Part shown: positions 52,781 to 64,000 of the stretch, piece after piece | How positions within the stretch are numbered: the stretch's first letter is position 1 | How the letters are laid out: the number at the start of each line of letters is the position of its first letter | Origin: Octopus sinensis | Lineage: Eukaryota | Direction of reading: 5' to 3' | Length of the DNA: 64,000 nt | Assembly (NCBI RefSeq): GCF_006345805.1 | Contig: NC_043003.1 | Location: 26,226,001-26,290,000 of the forward strand | Program-made: the position numbers and the translations under genes | Notes under the pieces: generated by a model | The model's database searches: none | What the model saw: the letters and a program-made list of their open reading frames with translations, nothing else | Told to the model about the DNA's origin: nothing

Positions 52781-54829
52781 TAAGTATTTTCCTAAATCAA
52801 AGCAAAAGCTCTGTCATTTGTTTATAACTGAGATTTCTTGTGTTGAAGTCTTGGGTTTTATTGCAAGACCTCCCTGTTGATTCCTTACTGCAGTTTGAGA
52901 GCTTCTATGTAATTGTTCAAGTTTCTAGAAACAGTAGCCAACGGCCAATCATATCATAATATCTTACAAAAAAATTTCTAAGATAAAAACACAGCAGATA
53001 ATATTCCCCTCAATATTCTATGGTTATGACTGGAATGATTTTTACGATAGGGCTTGCTCAATAACAATAGGATTGATCTGGGTTGAAACAACATAGAAAA
53101 CAATCGACATAACACAGTGAAGACATTCTCAATAAAATTTGCAGGGAAATTTATGAAACAACTGTATATATTATTCAGCTTAGTCAGCATTAAACCAGCT
53201 GTATCCTTCTCAAATACCAAATATTCTACCTGTTTTATATTTAAACTGACCAGATTAAGCCTCTTGCACTGACCCTCCACTGTCACTCTCAAAATATTCA
53301 CGTCACTGAAATATTGAAATCTTAAAGCTATGAGATAATGCATGATTAATTCACAACAATGTGAATAAATACATATTTAAATTTGGCAGGGTCTTCTGAA
53401 TGCCAAATGGTTAAAACAAAAAATAAAAGAATCAAGCAAAAATAAATAAATAAAGCAAAAAAGAACATTTGCCTGACCAGTAAACAAGACCCCACTCCAC
53501 AAATATTGGTTTCAAGTTTTGGCACAAGGCCAACAATTTCAGAGGAGCGGGTAACCCGATTACATTGACCCCAGTGTGTTCTAATTTTATTGACCACAAA
53601 GGCAAAGCTGACTTCAATGGAATTTGAACTCAGAACAAAGAGACAGACAAAATATTGTTTCAAGTTCCTCCTCATAATTTATATGGATTAAAAGAGTTAC
53701 TGGAAAATTGGTGATATACTTTCATTTGCTTTTATCAAATTAAAACCATTTCTATGCTGAATTAAGGGAATTGGAAAACCCCTCCTAACCTTTAAGATCT
53801 TAGACTTAATCACACTGATTGAAGGACTCATCATTACCATGATCTTGATGTTTCATAAACATTTTTTTAGATATTAACCTCTATTCATTGTCATATTTGT
53901 ATCATGTGTTCAGGGACTGAGTCCATGGAAGCTATCTAGTAATTTAAACTTTGTGATGACCTTTCATGTCTGCCACCAAGACACACACAAACACAGGAGT
54001 CTCAATAAGGATGCTTGATATGATGGTGAGAACAGCCAAATCACCCATATCACATCCTATACTTAAAAACAAAACAAACAAAAAACAAAACACCAACACT
54101 TTCTGAAGGTGAGTGTGTGTGTGTGTGTATTATAAAAAATTTGGATGGTCATGGATGGAATGCTTTTTGATAAGTGTCTGCTTCATTAAGGTTGACCTAT
54201 GGCTGTACAACATCTAGCCTAACAATTATCTTAATTATTTTCTTACTATACCACCTCATGTGATGTTTGATATATTAAAGAAAAGAAAAAACAAAAAAAG
54301 CCCCAGAAATTTCCAGGTTTCCAAATTCATTGACAAGATTAATGGTTTCTTATTGACAGTTTCGTTTAAGTTAGAATGTGATCAAGCAATGAAAGGAAAT
54401 GAAAAGAGGACAAATGGAATTAGATGATAAAAGGAGATAAAAAATGAAAAAAAAAAAAAAAAATCAAAGCTAAGGAAGAGTTTCTTCAACAAGGGATACA
54501 TACATACATACATACATACACACACACATATCTCTTATATTATATATATATATATATATATTTGCATGTACACACAAACATGTGGACAGATAGGGAGACT
54601 GACACCAACAGATGTATGTATAGACAGTTAAATAAGTACACTCATGCATATAAATATACACACACTGGTATATAATACATGCACTCACAGATACATTATT
54701 ACACATGTATATAAATACGCATACAGAAATAAATATATATGAGCACACACATGTACATATATATATATATACATATAGATATTTACACAAAGATACACAT
54801 ACACATACATAATGTATAACATATATATA

Positions 54830-54894
<65 letters not shown>

Positions 54895-55332
54895 GAGAGA
54901 GATATCACTTATCTGGTACTAGTCTACAGAAATTGAAGAAAATTGGTCAAAGAGTGTGGGAGGCAAAAGACAATTGCTGCTAGCACCAGCTGACAGTATG
55001 AACACACACATACACACATGCATGCATACATACACAAACAGATGCTGGTTGTCCCCACCATACATACATAGTGACAGATATTAAACTGCCACAGATCCTT
55101 TTATAACTCCAAATGGGGGGTGCACTACAAGGAGTAAAGAACTCAACAGAAACAATTATTTTATCTGTCAAATCTGTCTGTCTACACAACACTTCATTGT
55201 AGAGTTTCAAAGTCAATCTCCTTACAGACACACATCTATCACTCAAATACCCTATACACACATACATTATATAAAGCACACATCTATTCTCTCTCTCTCT
55301 CTCTCTCCACACACACTTGCTCAGGAAATATA

Positions 55333-56566
55333 TTGGATCATCCCATAAATAATGCAGGATTTTTTCATGCCTTTTTTTTATTTTTCAAAATTAAGATAGA
55401 GTTTATTTTTAATCTAAAATATCCTCTCCTTCATTTTCTACAATGCTCTTCCATCTATCTGGTAGACTTGCAAGGCCCTCCTTCCAAAATTTGCTTCTCC
55501 GTGATAAAAAATACTCCTCCAGTGCTGTTCTGACTTCATCTACAGAATTCATATTTTTTCCGTCCAAATGATTTTGAAGATGGCACAATAAATGATAATC
55601 AGATGGGGCAATGTCCGGCGAACATGGTGGGTAGGGCATCGCTTCCCATTCAAACTGCTCCAGCCTTTGGTATGTCATCCTTGCATTATCCTGATGGAAG
55701 AACACCTTTTGTTTTGAAACCAAAGATGGTTGTTTTTCTCCTAGTACTGACTTAAGCTGCTCACAGCAGATCTCCTTTGTTATCGTTTGGTTTGGGTTTA
55801 AAAGTTCAAAGTGGACTAAACCTTTCATATCCCACCAAAGAGATAACAAAACCTTATGTGGGTGAAGATCTTTAGCCTGGGGTGCCTGTGTTACTCCTTT
55901 CCCTACCCACTGTTTTCAGTGCTTGACATTTTTATAGAGAGCCCATTTCTTGTCACCAGTCACTATTCAGTCCAAGACTGGTACATTTGTGAGCTGTAAC
56001 AGCAAAGAAGAGCAACATTCACACTCTGCATGCAATTAGACATGGAAAGTTTGTGAAAAACCCATTGACCCAATTTGCTGATGAATGGTTGAATGACCAA
56101 ATCCAAGTTTCTCTGCTAGTTCCTCAACAGTTACAATGGGACTATGTTCCACTAAGGTTTGCAGGACATCGTTGTCAAGCTCTATAGGTCTTCCAGGACA
56201 AGGCTCATCCTCTAGGCTGTAGTTTCCAGCTTGGAATTTCTGGAACCACTGTTGACACTGGCTTACGCTTACTGTCTGATCACCATATGCTGCATTAACA
56301 TTCCTTGCACTTTCTGTTGCGTTGTTGCCTTTATTGAACTCAAAAAGCAAAATATGCCAAATAGGCTCCTTTGTCACTTCCAATATAGCTTTGAAAAAAA
56401 ATAACTTGAAATCGAACTGCACTCTCCAAAACTTGCACTAAGAATAAGTACAAAGTAAAATTACTACTTGCTTTTCTAGGAAGTTGATACAAGTAGTTTA
56501 TCCCGTCCCCCTCCAACTTTTAATTCATACAACTGAAGAAACCACATTATTCATGGGATGACCCAA
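55333..56566 (-). mobile_element. Full-length mariner DNA transposon, transposase disrupted
   Basis: TA flanks; TIRs ttggatcatcccataaataatgc / cattattcatgggatgacccaa; HTH N-terminus, VTGDKKW, HQDNA, CSPDIAPSDYHL motifs; lost start, deletions and frameshifts. Confidence 0.95.
55409..56383 (-). pseudogene. Mariner transposase pseudogene
   Basis: Split across ORFs 56036-56422 and 55409-55849. Confidence 0.9.
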
Positions 56567-56814
56567 TACATTCTCTGGAGCCGATGAGAGCATATATGTG
56601 GTTGCTTGACCTGCTGGAAATAGTTTCCAAATATGCTCTTCAAACCACATCCTAAAATCTTAAAAATACAAAATAAACACACTGGGTGATGTAGGCCTGT
56701 AAACAACGGATACAAAAAGAAAAAAAAAATGACAGTATGGCCATGGATGGAATGCTTTAAATCATAATTAAGTGCAAAAAAAGCTGACCTGGGGGTAAAC
56801 AACATGTTATTTAA

Positions 56815-57035
56815 CTGCTTTGATACCAACCCACGTAAGTTTGCTCCAGCTTCTAATGATACAAACTTCCTTTTTTAAAGTGTTTGATATTAAGATACTT
56901 CCATAAAAATTACATGTTTATTCATGTTTAAAATATTAGCTTAATATCAACAATGTCATTTTACTATATTCTTCCTTTTAAAAATCAATTGAAACAAAGA
57001 CAGTGCATTCCAACAGAAATATGATATCACAAGGG
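56815..57035. mobile_element. TTAA-flanked (piggyBac-like) MITE
   Basis: TTAA at 56811-56814 and 57036-57039; relatives near 2.76-3.04, 10.75-10.96, 45.85, 57.74-57.96, 58.47-58.60 (-) and 63.29 kb. Confidence 0.75.
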
Positions 57036-59164
57036 TTAAATAATGCAGCAGCCGAATCTGCAACACACAAAAATTCATGTATTTTATCTTCTTTTTGTCC
57101 CTGCCAAATGTAGTTCAAATATTTAAAGATAGAATATCAGAACAATTTATCTTGCAATAGAGATGTGATGGTTAAAAGTTACAATGCCAAAAAAAAACTA
57201 TGTTTGTCAAGCTGATAAGAGAATCTTAACAACTTGCTAGAAATAGTAACCAAATCTCCCCCAAATTATCATGGAGCTTCTGTTAGGTTTTTTTTTCTTC
57301 TTTTTTTGACCTCTGATTCATTATGTTGATATCCAAGTGGTCAGGTATACCATGGTTGCATATACCATTAATTTAATTCCTAAGCTGAATCAGCATGGCA
57401 CAATGTACTTGATGAACTCCAGAGTTACTGTACACCCCATTTCAGTCACAAAGTTTGGCTAGATGTAAGGATTTCATAAAGATACATACCAAAGAGGTCA
57501 TGCAATGGGATTAAACCAAGGTTCTGATGATTGGGAAGCAAAATCTTTAACCGCTCAACCATACCTACACTTAAATTGTCTTTTGCTTTAAAATACAGAA
57601 ATACAAAAAGAGAATGAATAAAATAATCATCTCTATAAAAAAAATGTTCCAGCAGGAACATCTTTGATCCTAAATCCTCTTCATCAGAGTCAACTTCAGG
57701 CTACACCCAATATAAAATATTCTTTGCTTGTTGAACAGCGTTTTGATGCCAACTCACTTAAGCATGCCTGAAATCAACCCTGGCTCTAGGACACAAATGT
57801 CATGTTTTAAAATTATCTAAATTAAAATCTTCTGTCAAAATTTTATATGTTCCAAGCACCAGCTTAATGACAAAATTATTTTACTAAATTTTGTATTATT
57901 TTCAAGATTCATTGAAACAAAGAGTATTTCAACAGAAATATGGTAACAAAAGAAGTTAAATGCTTCAGTTCTGGTTGACAGAAGAGCTACACTACAACAA
58001 CCTTCTTTCCATCTGACCCATACAAGCATGAAAAAGTGCATGTTAAAATGATGATGATAATCAAAAACATTCTATGTCCTCCAAAATCTATCAGGGTTGA
58101 TGCAAACAACCATAACTACAAATTTGAAGCATTGTGTTAAGTATGGTCAAATGTTTGAGATGTTTAGCATTGCAATGAAATTCTGAGTTTGGTCCACAGT
58201 GAGGTGCATTAAGCAAGTTATGTTACACCACAGCTTTGATACAATCCAAACTTTTGAAGTGAAATTAAGTGAAAGGAAAACTTGTGGAAACTTATTAGAA
58301 GGAAAGAGCCTAGGATTTGTTAGCATACTGTATCACAATCTTTTATCATATTTCTCTTGAAATACAGGTTTTGTTTCAGTTAGTTTTTAAAATATTTTCC
58401 ATGCTGGCATGAGTGGACAATTTAAAAGAGCTAGCAAACTGGAGGGTTGTGCTAATATAACTCCATCATTAATCTGGTGTTTGGAACATAGATTAGCAGG
58501 AAATTTTGATGGAAAGATGTAATTAAGATAATTTTAAAACAGAGTTTGAATCCTTGAATCAGAGGCAGTTTCAGGCACGTTGGCATCAAAAGAGTTAAGG
58601 AGTACAAGTGTACATGGAATAGTCGGTCGTTCACATTACAATAAATTATTTCATTGATTCAAGCGATAAGAATATTCTTATTCAAATCTTTTTTTATTCT
58701 TTCTACTTTGGTACCATCAGTAGGTTTAGTATACAAAGGGATCAACTATAATTTATTTGCTCACAATTGATCACATATAGATAAAATCAAAGTGGTACCA
58801 GCTGTTGTTTTTGTAATGGTGAGAGCCAACAAGATATATTCATACCACCCAACAGCTTGATTTAAGTTATTGGGTCATTTGATTTCTTTGAAGTGCTTGC
58901 CTCATAAATATGTATGTGTGGGAATGATTCTCCCACTGGCTTCAATTTATGAAGGGTCCAATAGTTTAGTAGAATACTTTTAGCTGCCACAGAACTGTAC
59001 TGAACAGTTAGATTGCCCACACAGATGATTTGATTATAATGATGAAGGTTTGTGAAGAACCAGTTGCACTAAAAACAGTAAAATTGAGCACTCCACAGTT
59101 TTAAATCTGAGCAACCTCCTAGAGACATGCATTAAACAAAAGCCAAGGGATGCCTCATTCCATA

Positions 59165-59540
59165 TCCTTTCTACTCAAGGCACAAGGCCTGAAATTTGTG
59201 GTGTGGGGACTAGTCGATTACAACGACCTCAGTGTTTCACTGGTACTTAATTTATCGACCCCAAAATTAATGAAAGGCAAAGTCGACCTTGGCAGAATCT
59301 GAACTCAGAACGTAGCAATGGTTGAAATACCGCTATCATTTCGTCCGCTGTGCTAATGATTCTGCCAGATCACCGCCTTATAAAAGAGTACAGCAGGGTT
59401 TTCCACCATTCCCTGCCGGAGTCTCATGGAGCTTTAGGTGTTTTCACTCAATAAACACTCACAACGACCGGTCTGGGAATTGAAACCATGCTCCTATAAC
59501 TGCGAGACCGCTGCCCTAATCACTGGACCATTGTGCCACC
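59165..59540 (-). mobile_element. Family B SINE followed by another tRNA-headed SINE
   Basis: B motifs at 59165-59380; minus-strand tggtccagtgattagg...ggtttcaattccc head at 59540-59470. Confidence 0.75.
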
Positions 59541-60027
59541 CATCATCTTTTAATGTCCATTTTCCATGGGTTCATTAGACTGACAGGATCAGATAGATCA
59601 AAGGGAAGAGTGATCCAATAAAGACGAACCTAAGACAAAAGACCACTAATTTAACACCACCACAATTGCAAACAAACAAAGCATTGTAAATATCCCATGC
59701 ATCTAATCTACTGATATAATTGAATTTATTACCCTTATCAGTAACATGGTATTTTCACTATCATTTTAAAGTTCACTTTCCCATGCTCACATGGGTTGGA
59801 CAGAATTTGAAGGGAATTTTCTACAGCTGGATGCCCTTTCAGTCACTAACCCTCATCTGTTTTCAAGCAAGGTAATAGTCCCCTATGACCAGGCATTACT
59901 TTGACACTCATGATTATTATGTGATATGAAAGCAAGGTGACAATCACACACACACACATACACACACAAGAAGTGAGAGGGGATAAGCTGTGTTTTAGGT
60001 TTATTGTCAGTGGTATTTTACATAAGT

Positions 60028-60330
60028 TATTTATTCTTTTATTCTTTTGTTTTAGCCAGCTGACTGCAGCCATGCTGGAGCACTGCCTTGAAGGGTTTTA
60101 GTTGAACAAACCAACCCCAGCCTAATACTTGGTGATGGGGGTGGGTGTCGAACACAGACACAAAGACACACATATGACGGTCTTCTTTCAGTTTCTGTCA
60201 ATCAACTCCATGCACAAGGCTTTGGTTGGCCCAAGGCTATAGTAGAAGACATTTGTCCAAGGTGCCAGACAGGAGAACTGAACTTGGAACCATGTAGTTG
60301 GGAAGCAAGCTTCTTACCACACAGCCACAG
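60028..60330 (-). mobile_element. SINE family A
   Basis: Reverse match to family A. Confidence 0.85.
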
Positions 60331-61029
60331 CTTTGCTGTTCATATATTTTGAAATTCAATGTCTTCTGTGGAAAATCATACTAATGTCCACTTTTCTATG
60401 CATGAATAGTTCAGATAAAATTTGTTGAGGTAGATTTTCTATGGTTAGATGCCTTTCCTGTCACCAATCCTCACTGTTTTTCAAGCAAGGTAAAATTTCT
60501 CTATTGGCCAGACATTTTTCATAGAAAACAGAGTGTGAAGAACATTGCTTGTAAGACGGTGATGCTCATTTACAACCAACATGCAACAATGATACAGGTG
60601 TGCACATACAAACACATAAGCTTCTTTCAGATTCAGTCAACCAAATCAACTCACAATAAGCCTTTGCTCAGCCCAGGGCTGGAGCAGAAGACACTAGCTC
60701 AAGGTACCATATAGTGGGACTGAACCCAATACCACATGATTGGGAAACAGACACATATTGAGCAGTCTATTGGATGTTATACACCACTGGTCACAATGCA
60801 CTTCCTCACAATCTTATAGTTTTTGATTGATGATACCTATCAAGGTAAGCACACCAACATTTCCCCTGAACAAAATGCCAATTCATCACAGGTTTACCTG
60901 TTTACAGCCGAGTAGGCAAGAGCAATGTGAAATGTAATGTTTTGCTATAGAAAACGATGTACCACCTGGTCTGGGAATAAAAATCCTAAATTTGCAATTC
61001 TGAGTGCAAAACATGAATCACTCACTCAA

Positions 61030-61078
<49 letters not shown>

Positions 61079-61083
<5 letters not shown>

Positions 61084-61772
61084 TACATTTCATAAGTTTA
61101 CAGATTTCCAGGAGAAACAATTTCAAGGAAGTATAAAATTAATCTCCTTCAAAGTAAGTTCAACTCCATGCGCTTGTAGCACCCCAGCCACTTTGTGAAG
61201 GCTCCTTGGACATGAAGATGCCCAGGACCCTTGTCACAGCCTCCTTTAGTTTAGGAATAGCCAAAAGTTACAGGGAACAAGATCTGGACTGCAAGGAGAA
61301 TGAGGGACAGTTATGATGCCCATCCCTATCAAGTAGTTGGTTACCTGGGATGGAATTGAGGACTGGTACATTGCCCTGGTGCAGGTGCTGGGTCCTTTCA
61401 CAACAAAATATCTTCCTGATCTCCATCAAAACCTCCACACAGTACTCTTTGTTGACCATCTGGTCAGAAGAAACCCAGTAAGTGTAGGTGATGTCCTTGC
61501 AGTCAAAAAAAGGGGACCATCATGAGCTTCATAGATTTGCGTTGATTGACCTCTTGTGCTCAGCTCATACAAGTTAATCCATAAGCAGCCTGGAGCATTT
61601 CATAAGTCTCTAGAGTGATTTTGCCCAGTTTAACATAAAATTTTATTGCATAGTGATGTTCCAAATTGTCTTCACTTAGCTGTGACAAGCAGTGTTTAAA
61701 AGTCAGTTACAGCCATCCTCTTCAATTTTGAATAACAAAAGTTGGCCTGTCCGCTTATTAAATGTAATGATA
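61079..61772 (-). mobile_element. Internally deleted mariner remnant (second lineage)
   Basis: VNKEYCVEVL...LHQGNVPVLNSI / TVPHSPCSPDLVPCNFWLF; degenerate TIRs tacatttcataag / cttattaaatgta. Confidence 0.75.
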
Positions 61773-61869
61773 TTCTACAATTACAATAATCAAGGCCAGT
61801 TATAACTGCCTCTCCTAAAAAAATCTCAACTTCTGGAATGCATCTCATGCATGCATGCGTGCGTGCGTG

Positions 61870-61870
61870 T

Positions 61871-61958
<88 letters not shown>
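61870..61958. repeat. (AG)n microsatellite
   Basis: Seen directly. Confidence 0.95.
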
Positions 61959-63364
61959 TATGAGCACCAGTCTATGGGAACAGTGGCCTCGAATAACAGA
62001 TAAGGTAGACCACAGTGACCCATCCAATGTATGCCAGCATAGAAACCAGACTGATGACAATGGATGATGATATATGTGTGTGTGTGTGTGTGTGCAATAT
62101 AAGAGAAAGAAAGTAGATATAAAGAAAAGAGGAGAGGCCTGCTATTTAGAAGGTAATCGAAACATAACCAAGATAAAAAATCTCAAAACGGCTACTGAAT
62201 GAGCTGTTTGACTGGTGTAAACTACTATAGTGATAACACATTAGGAAGAGATATACATCATAGTGATTAAGAAGCTTTTGTTTTATCTTGCTGAATAACT
62301 TGACTTATGGACATGTCCACAGGACAAGTTGAATGAGCCATGTTTATTGTTGTTGGTGGTGGTGATGGGCTATAGTGGTGGTGTTGATGGTGATAGTGAC
62401 AGTGTTAGTAGTGGTAGAAGAGGACGGTATAAGATGTACTGAAGATGATGTTTAGATCCTTGACTGAGCAAGCCAATGACGACAAGTATTCCAGCCATAC
62501 CCATTCTGTCTTTCATCAAGGCATAATGCATCTAAGACTACATCATCCAATGTGTGTTCAATTAAAACAAAAAATAAAAATAAGGAAAATAAAAAATAGA
62601 CAGCAGAGAGTAATTTGAGGTAGATTCGCCTATTTCTAGCAACTAAATAGACCATGAAGAGACTCCTCTGCTAGCTCATGTTGCTGCTTCTACTGCTTAT
62701 GGTTGCAAGTGCAATGCATTTAGAAAGCTGCAACATGTCAAAAGTATTGTCTGATATATTGTGCAGAAAGGAAAAAAATATCCTGACAGAGATATGCAAA
62801 GCAAATATATGATGCATGTTGGAGGATGTTCAAAAAGCAATAAAAAAAACATTAAGAATTGTTGCTAGAAACTAAACATTAGGAAAATATATCAAAAAGG
62901 GTGGTGGCAGATTGGCTGAAACATGAGAGGATCAGGCAAAATGCCTTGTGGTAGTTATGGCCCTTTTGATTCAGGGGTCAAATCCTGCAACGGTCAACTT
63001 TTTGCTTTTCATTCTTTCAGGTTCGATAAAATAAAATGCTTGTCATATAATGGAACTGGTTTAATTGACTGCCAATGTTATGCCAGCATTTAATGGAATG
63101 ACGTCAATAAGTAGAGCACCCAAATTCCTGCTCAACAGAGTTGCTTTGAGAATAGGTAAAGTGACAGACGAATTAGAGTACATTAGCATCACATCTATAC
63201 TAACTGTAAAATGCAGCCTTAAATTACTATCAACATAATACAAAGATCCTGACATGTTCAAACATACGTTTAAAAATTGTACTCCTTTAACCTTTTTGAT
63301 AATAGCTTGCCTGAGACCAGTGTTGTTCCATGATACAAATTTTGTTTTAAGGTATCTTCATTAA

Positions 63365-63675
63365 CCCTTTCCTTGGTGATTTTTGAGAAAACATTTTATT
63401 TTCAGATGATTTTTTTTTTATCAGACAAGCTTGCACTCTCATCTGATGTATCCAAGCTTCTAATAGAAGGTTCATACTCATTGTCCTCTGAGCTCAACAT
63501 CTGGACATAGTTTGTAAAAGAAAAAACAGATAGAAACTGAGAAATGCTGAGAATTGATGTATAAACTCGTCTGTGCCTGTTTTTGAAATAATATGTTATG
63601 GACAAGTTTACTCATCACACTCTGAAGAAGATAAATTGGGTGAAGACAAGTAACTCGTCTTTGCCAGGTAAGGAG
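63365..63675 (-). mobile_element. piggyBac-like non-autonomous element nested in a TTAA MITE
   Basis: TTAA TSD at 63361-63364 and 63676-63679; ends ccctttccttgg / ccaggtaaggag; acidic SSEDNEYEPS...SDES segment; host MITE resumes after 63679. Confidence 0.7.
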
Positions 63676-64000
63676 TTAAAACCATCCATGAAAATTTCAT
63701 ATTATGTTCTGAGCACTACCTTAACTTTATTTTAAATCTTTTACTTGGTTCAGTCAGCTATGTTGAGGCATGGCCTAATCCTTACCCAACCCAGTGCTTA
63801 TTTTTAAAGTCTGGTACTCACTTTATTGGTTTCTTTTGTCTAACTGCTAAGTTAATAGAGACAAATCCACACTGGTTGTCAAGCAATGTAGGGACATACA
63901 AAAACAAAGACACACACACACACATACACCTAGAAAAATGGTGAAATAAATGAATGCTTCAACCAGGAAATCCTGGGTAGCTGAATTTAACCAGAATTGT

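Noticed and set aside
35777-54790. Long HT/CV/YI/RE-rich ORFs (e.g. 35777, 43024-43391, 45188, 51013-51656, 54470)
   Set aside because: Translations of microsatellites and a minisatellite; no coding signal.
55333-56566. Domesticated or active mariner gene
   Set aside because: Start codon lost and frameshifts and deletions present; retained TIRs indicate an ordinary decayed copy.
63061-63261. 66-aa minus ORF with a ttttacag acceptor
   Set aside because: Runs into a SINE remnant; no recognisable protein.

Overview
Eukaryotic, AT-rich, repeat-dense genomic DNA, almost certainly cephalopod and probably Octopus. That assignment is inferred from recalled tRNA-derived SINE families and the microsatellite load; it was not checked by search. 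Nearly all ORF-track entries are microsatellite or SINE artefacts. The window holds dozens of SINE copies from at least four families (informal labels A-D), 5'-truncated CR1 and RTE LINE ends, a full-length but dead mariner plus derivatives, hAT and TTAA (piggyBac-like) MITEs, a Helentron-type HINE, many nested insertions and a near-identical ~0.7-kb tandem duplication. Two CpG-retaining domains (~10.1-17.3 kb, ~31.3-33.3 kb) look like promoters; the first contains a probable first coding exon on the minus strand (13907-13997). The most unusual signal is at ~39.9-40.9 kb: two minimal type-I hammerhead-ribozyme motifs with palindromic stem III (Penelope-like/retrozyme type) and two fold-back elements, one of which carries a hammerhead in its spacer. 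Related structured inserts sit in (TA)n tracts at 27.9, 44.2 and 49.5 kb. No CRISPR, rRNA or true tRNA genes were seen. Repeat boundaries were read by eye and are approximate.
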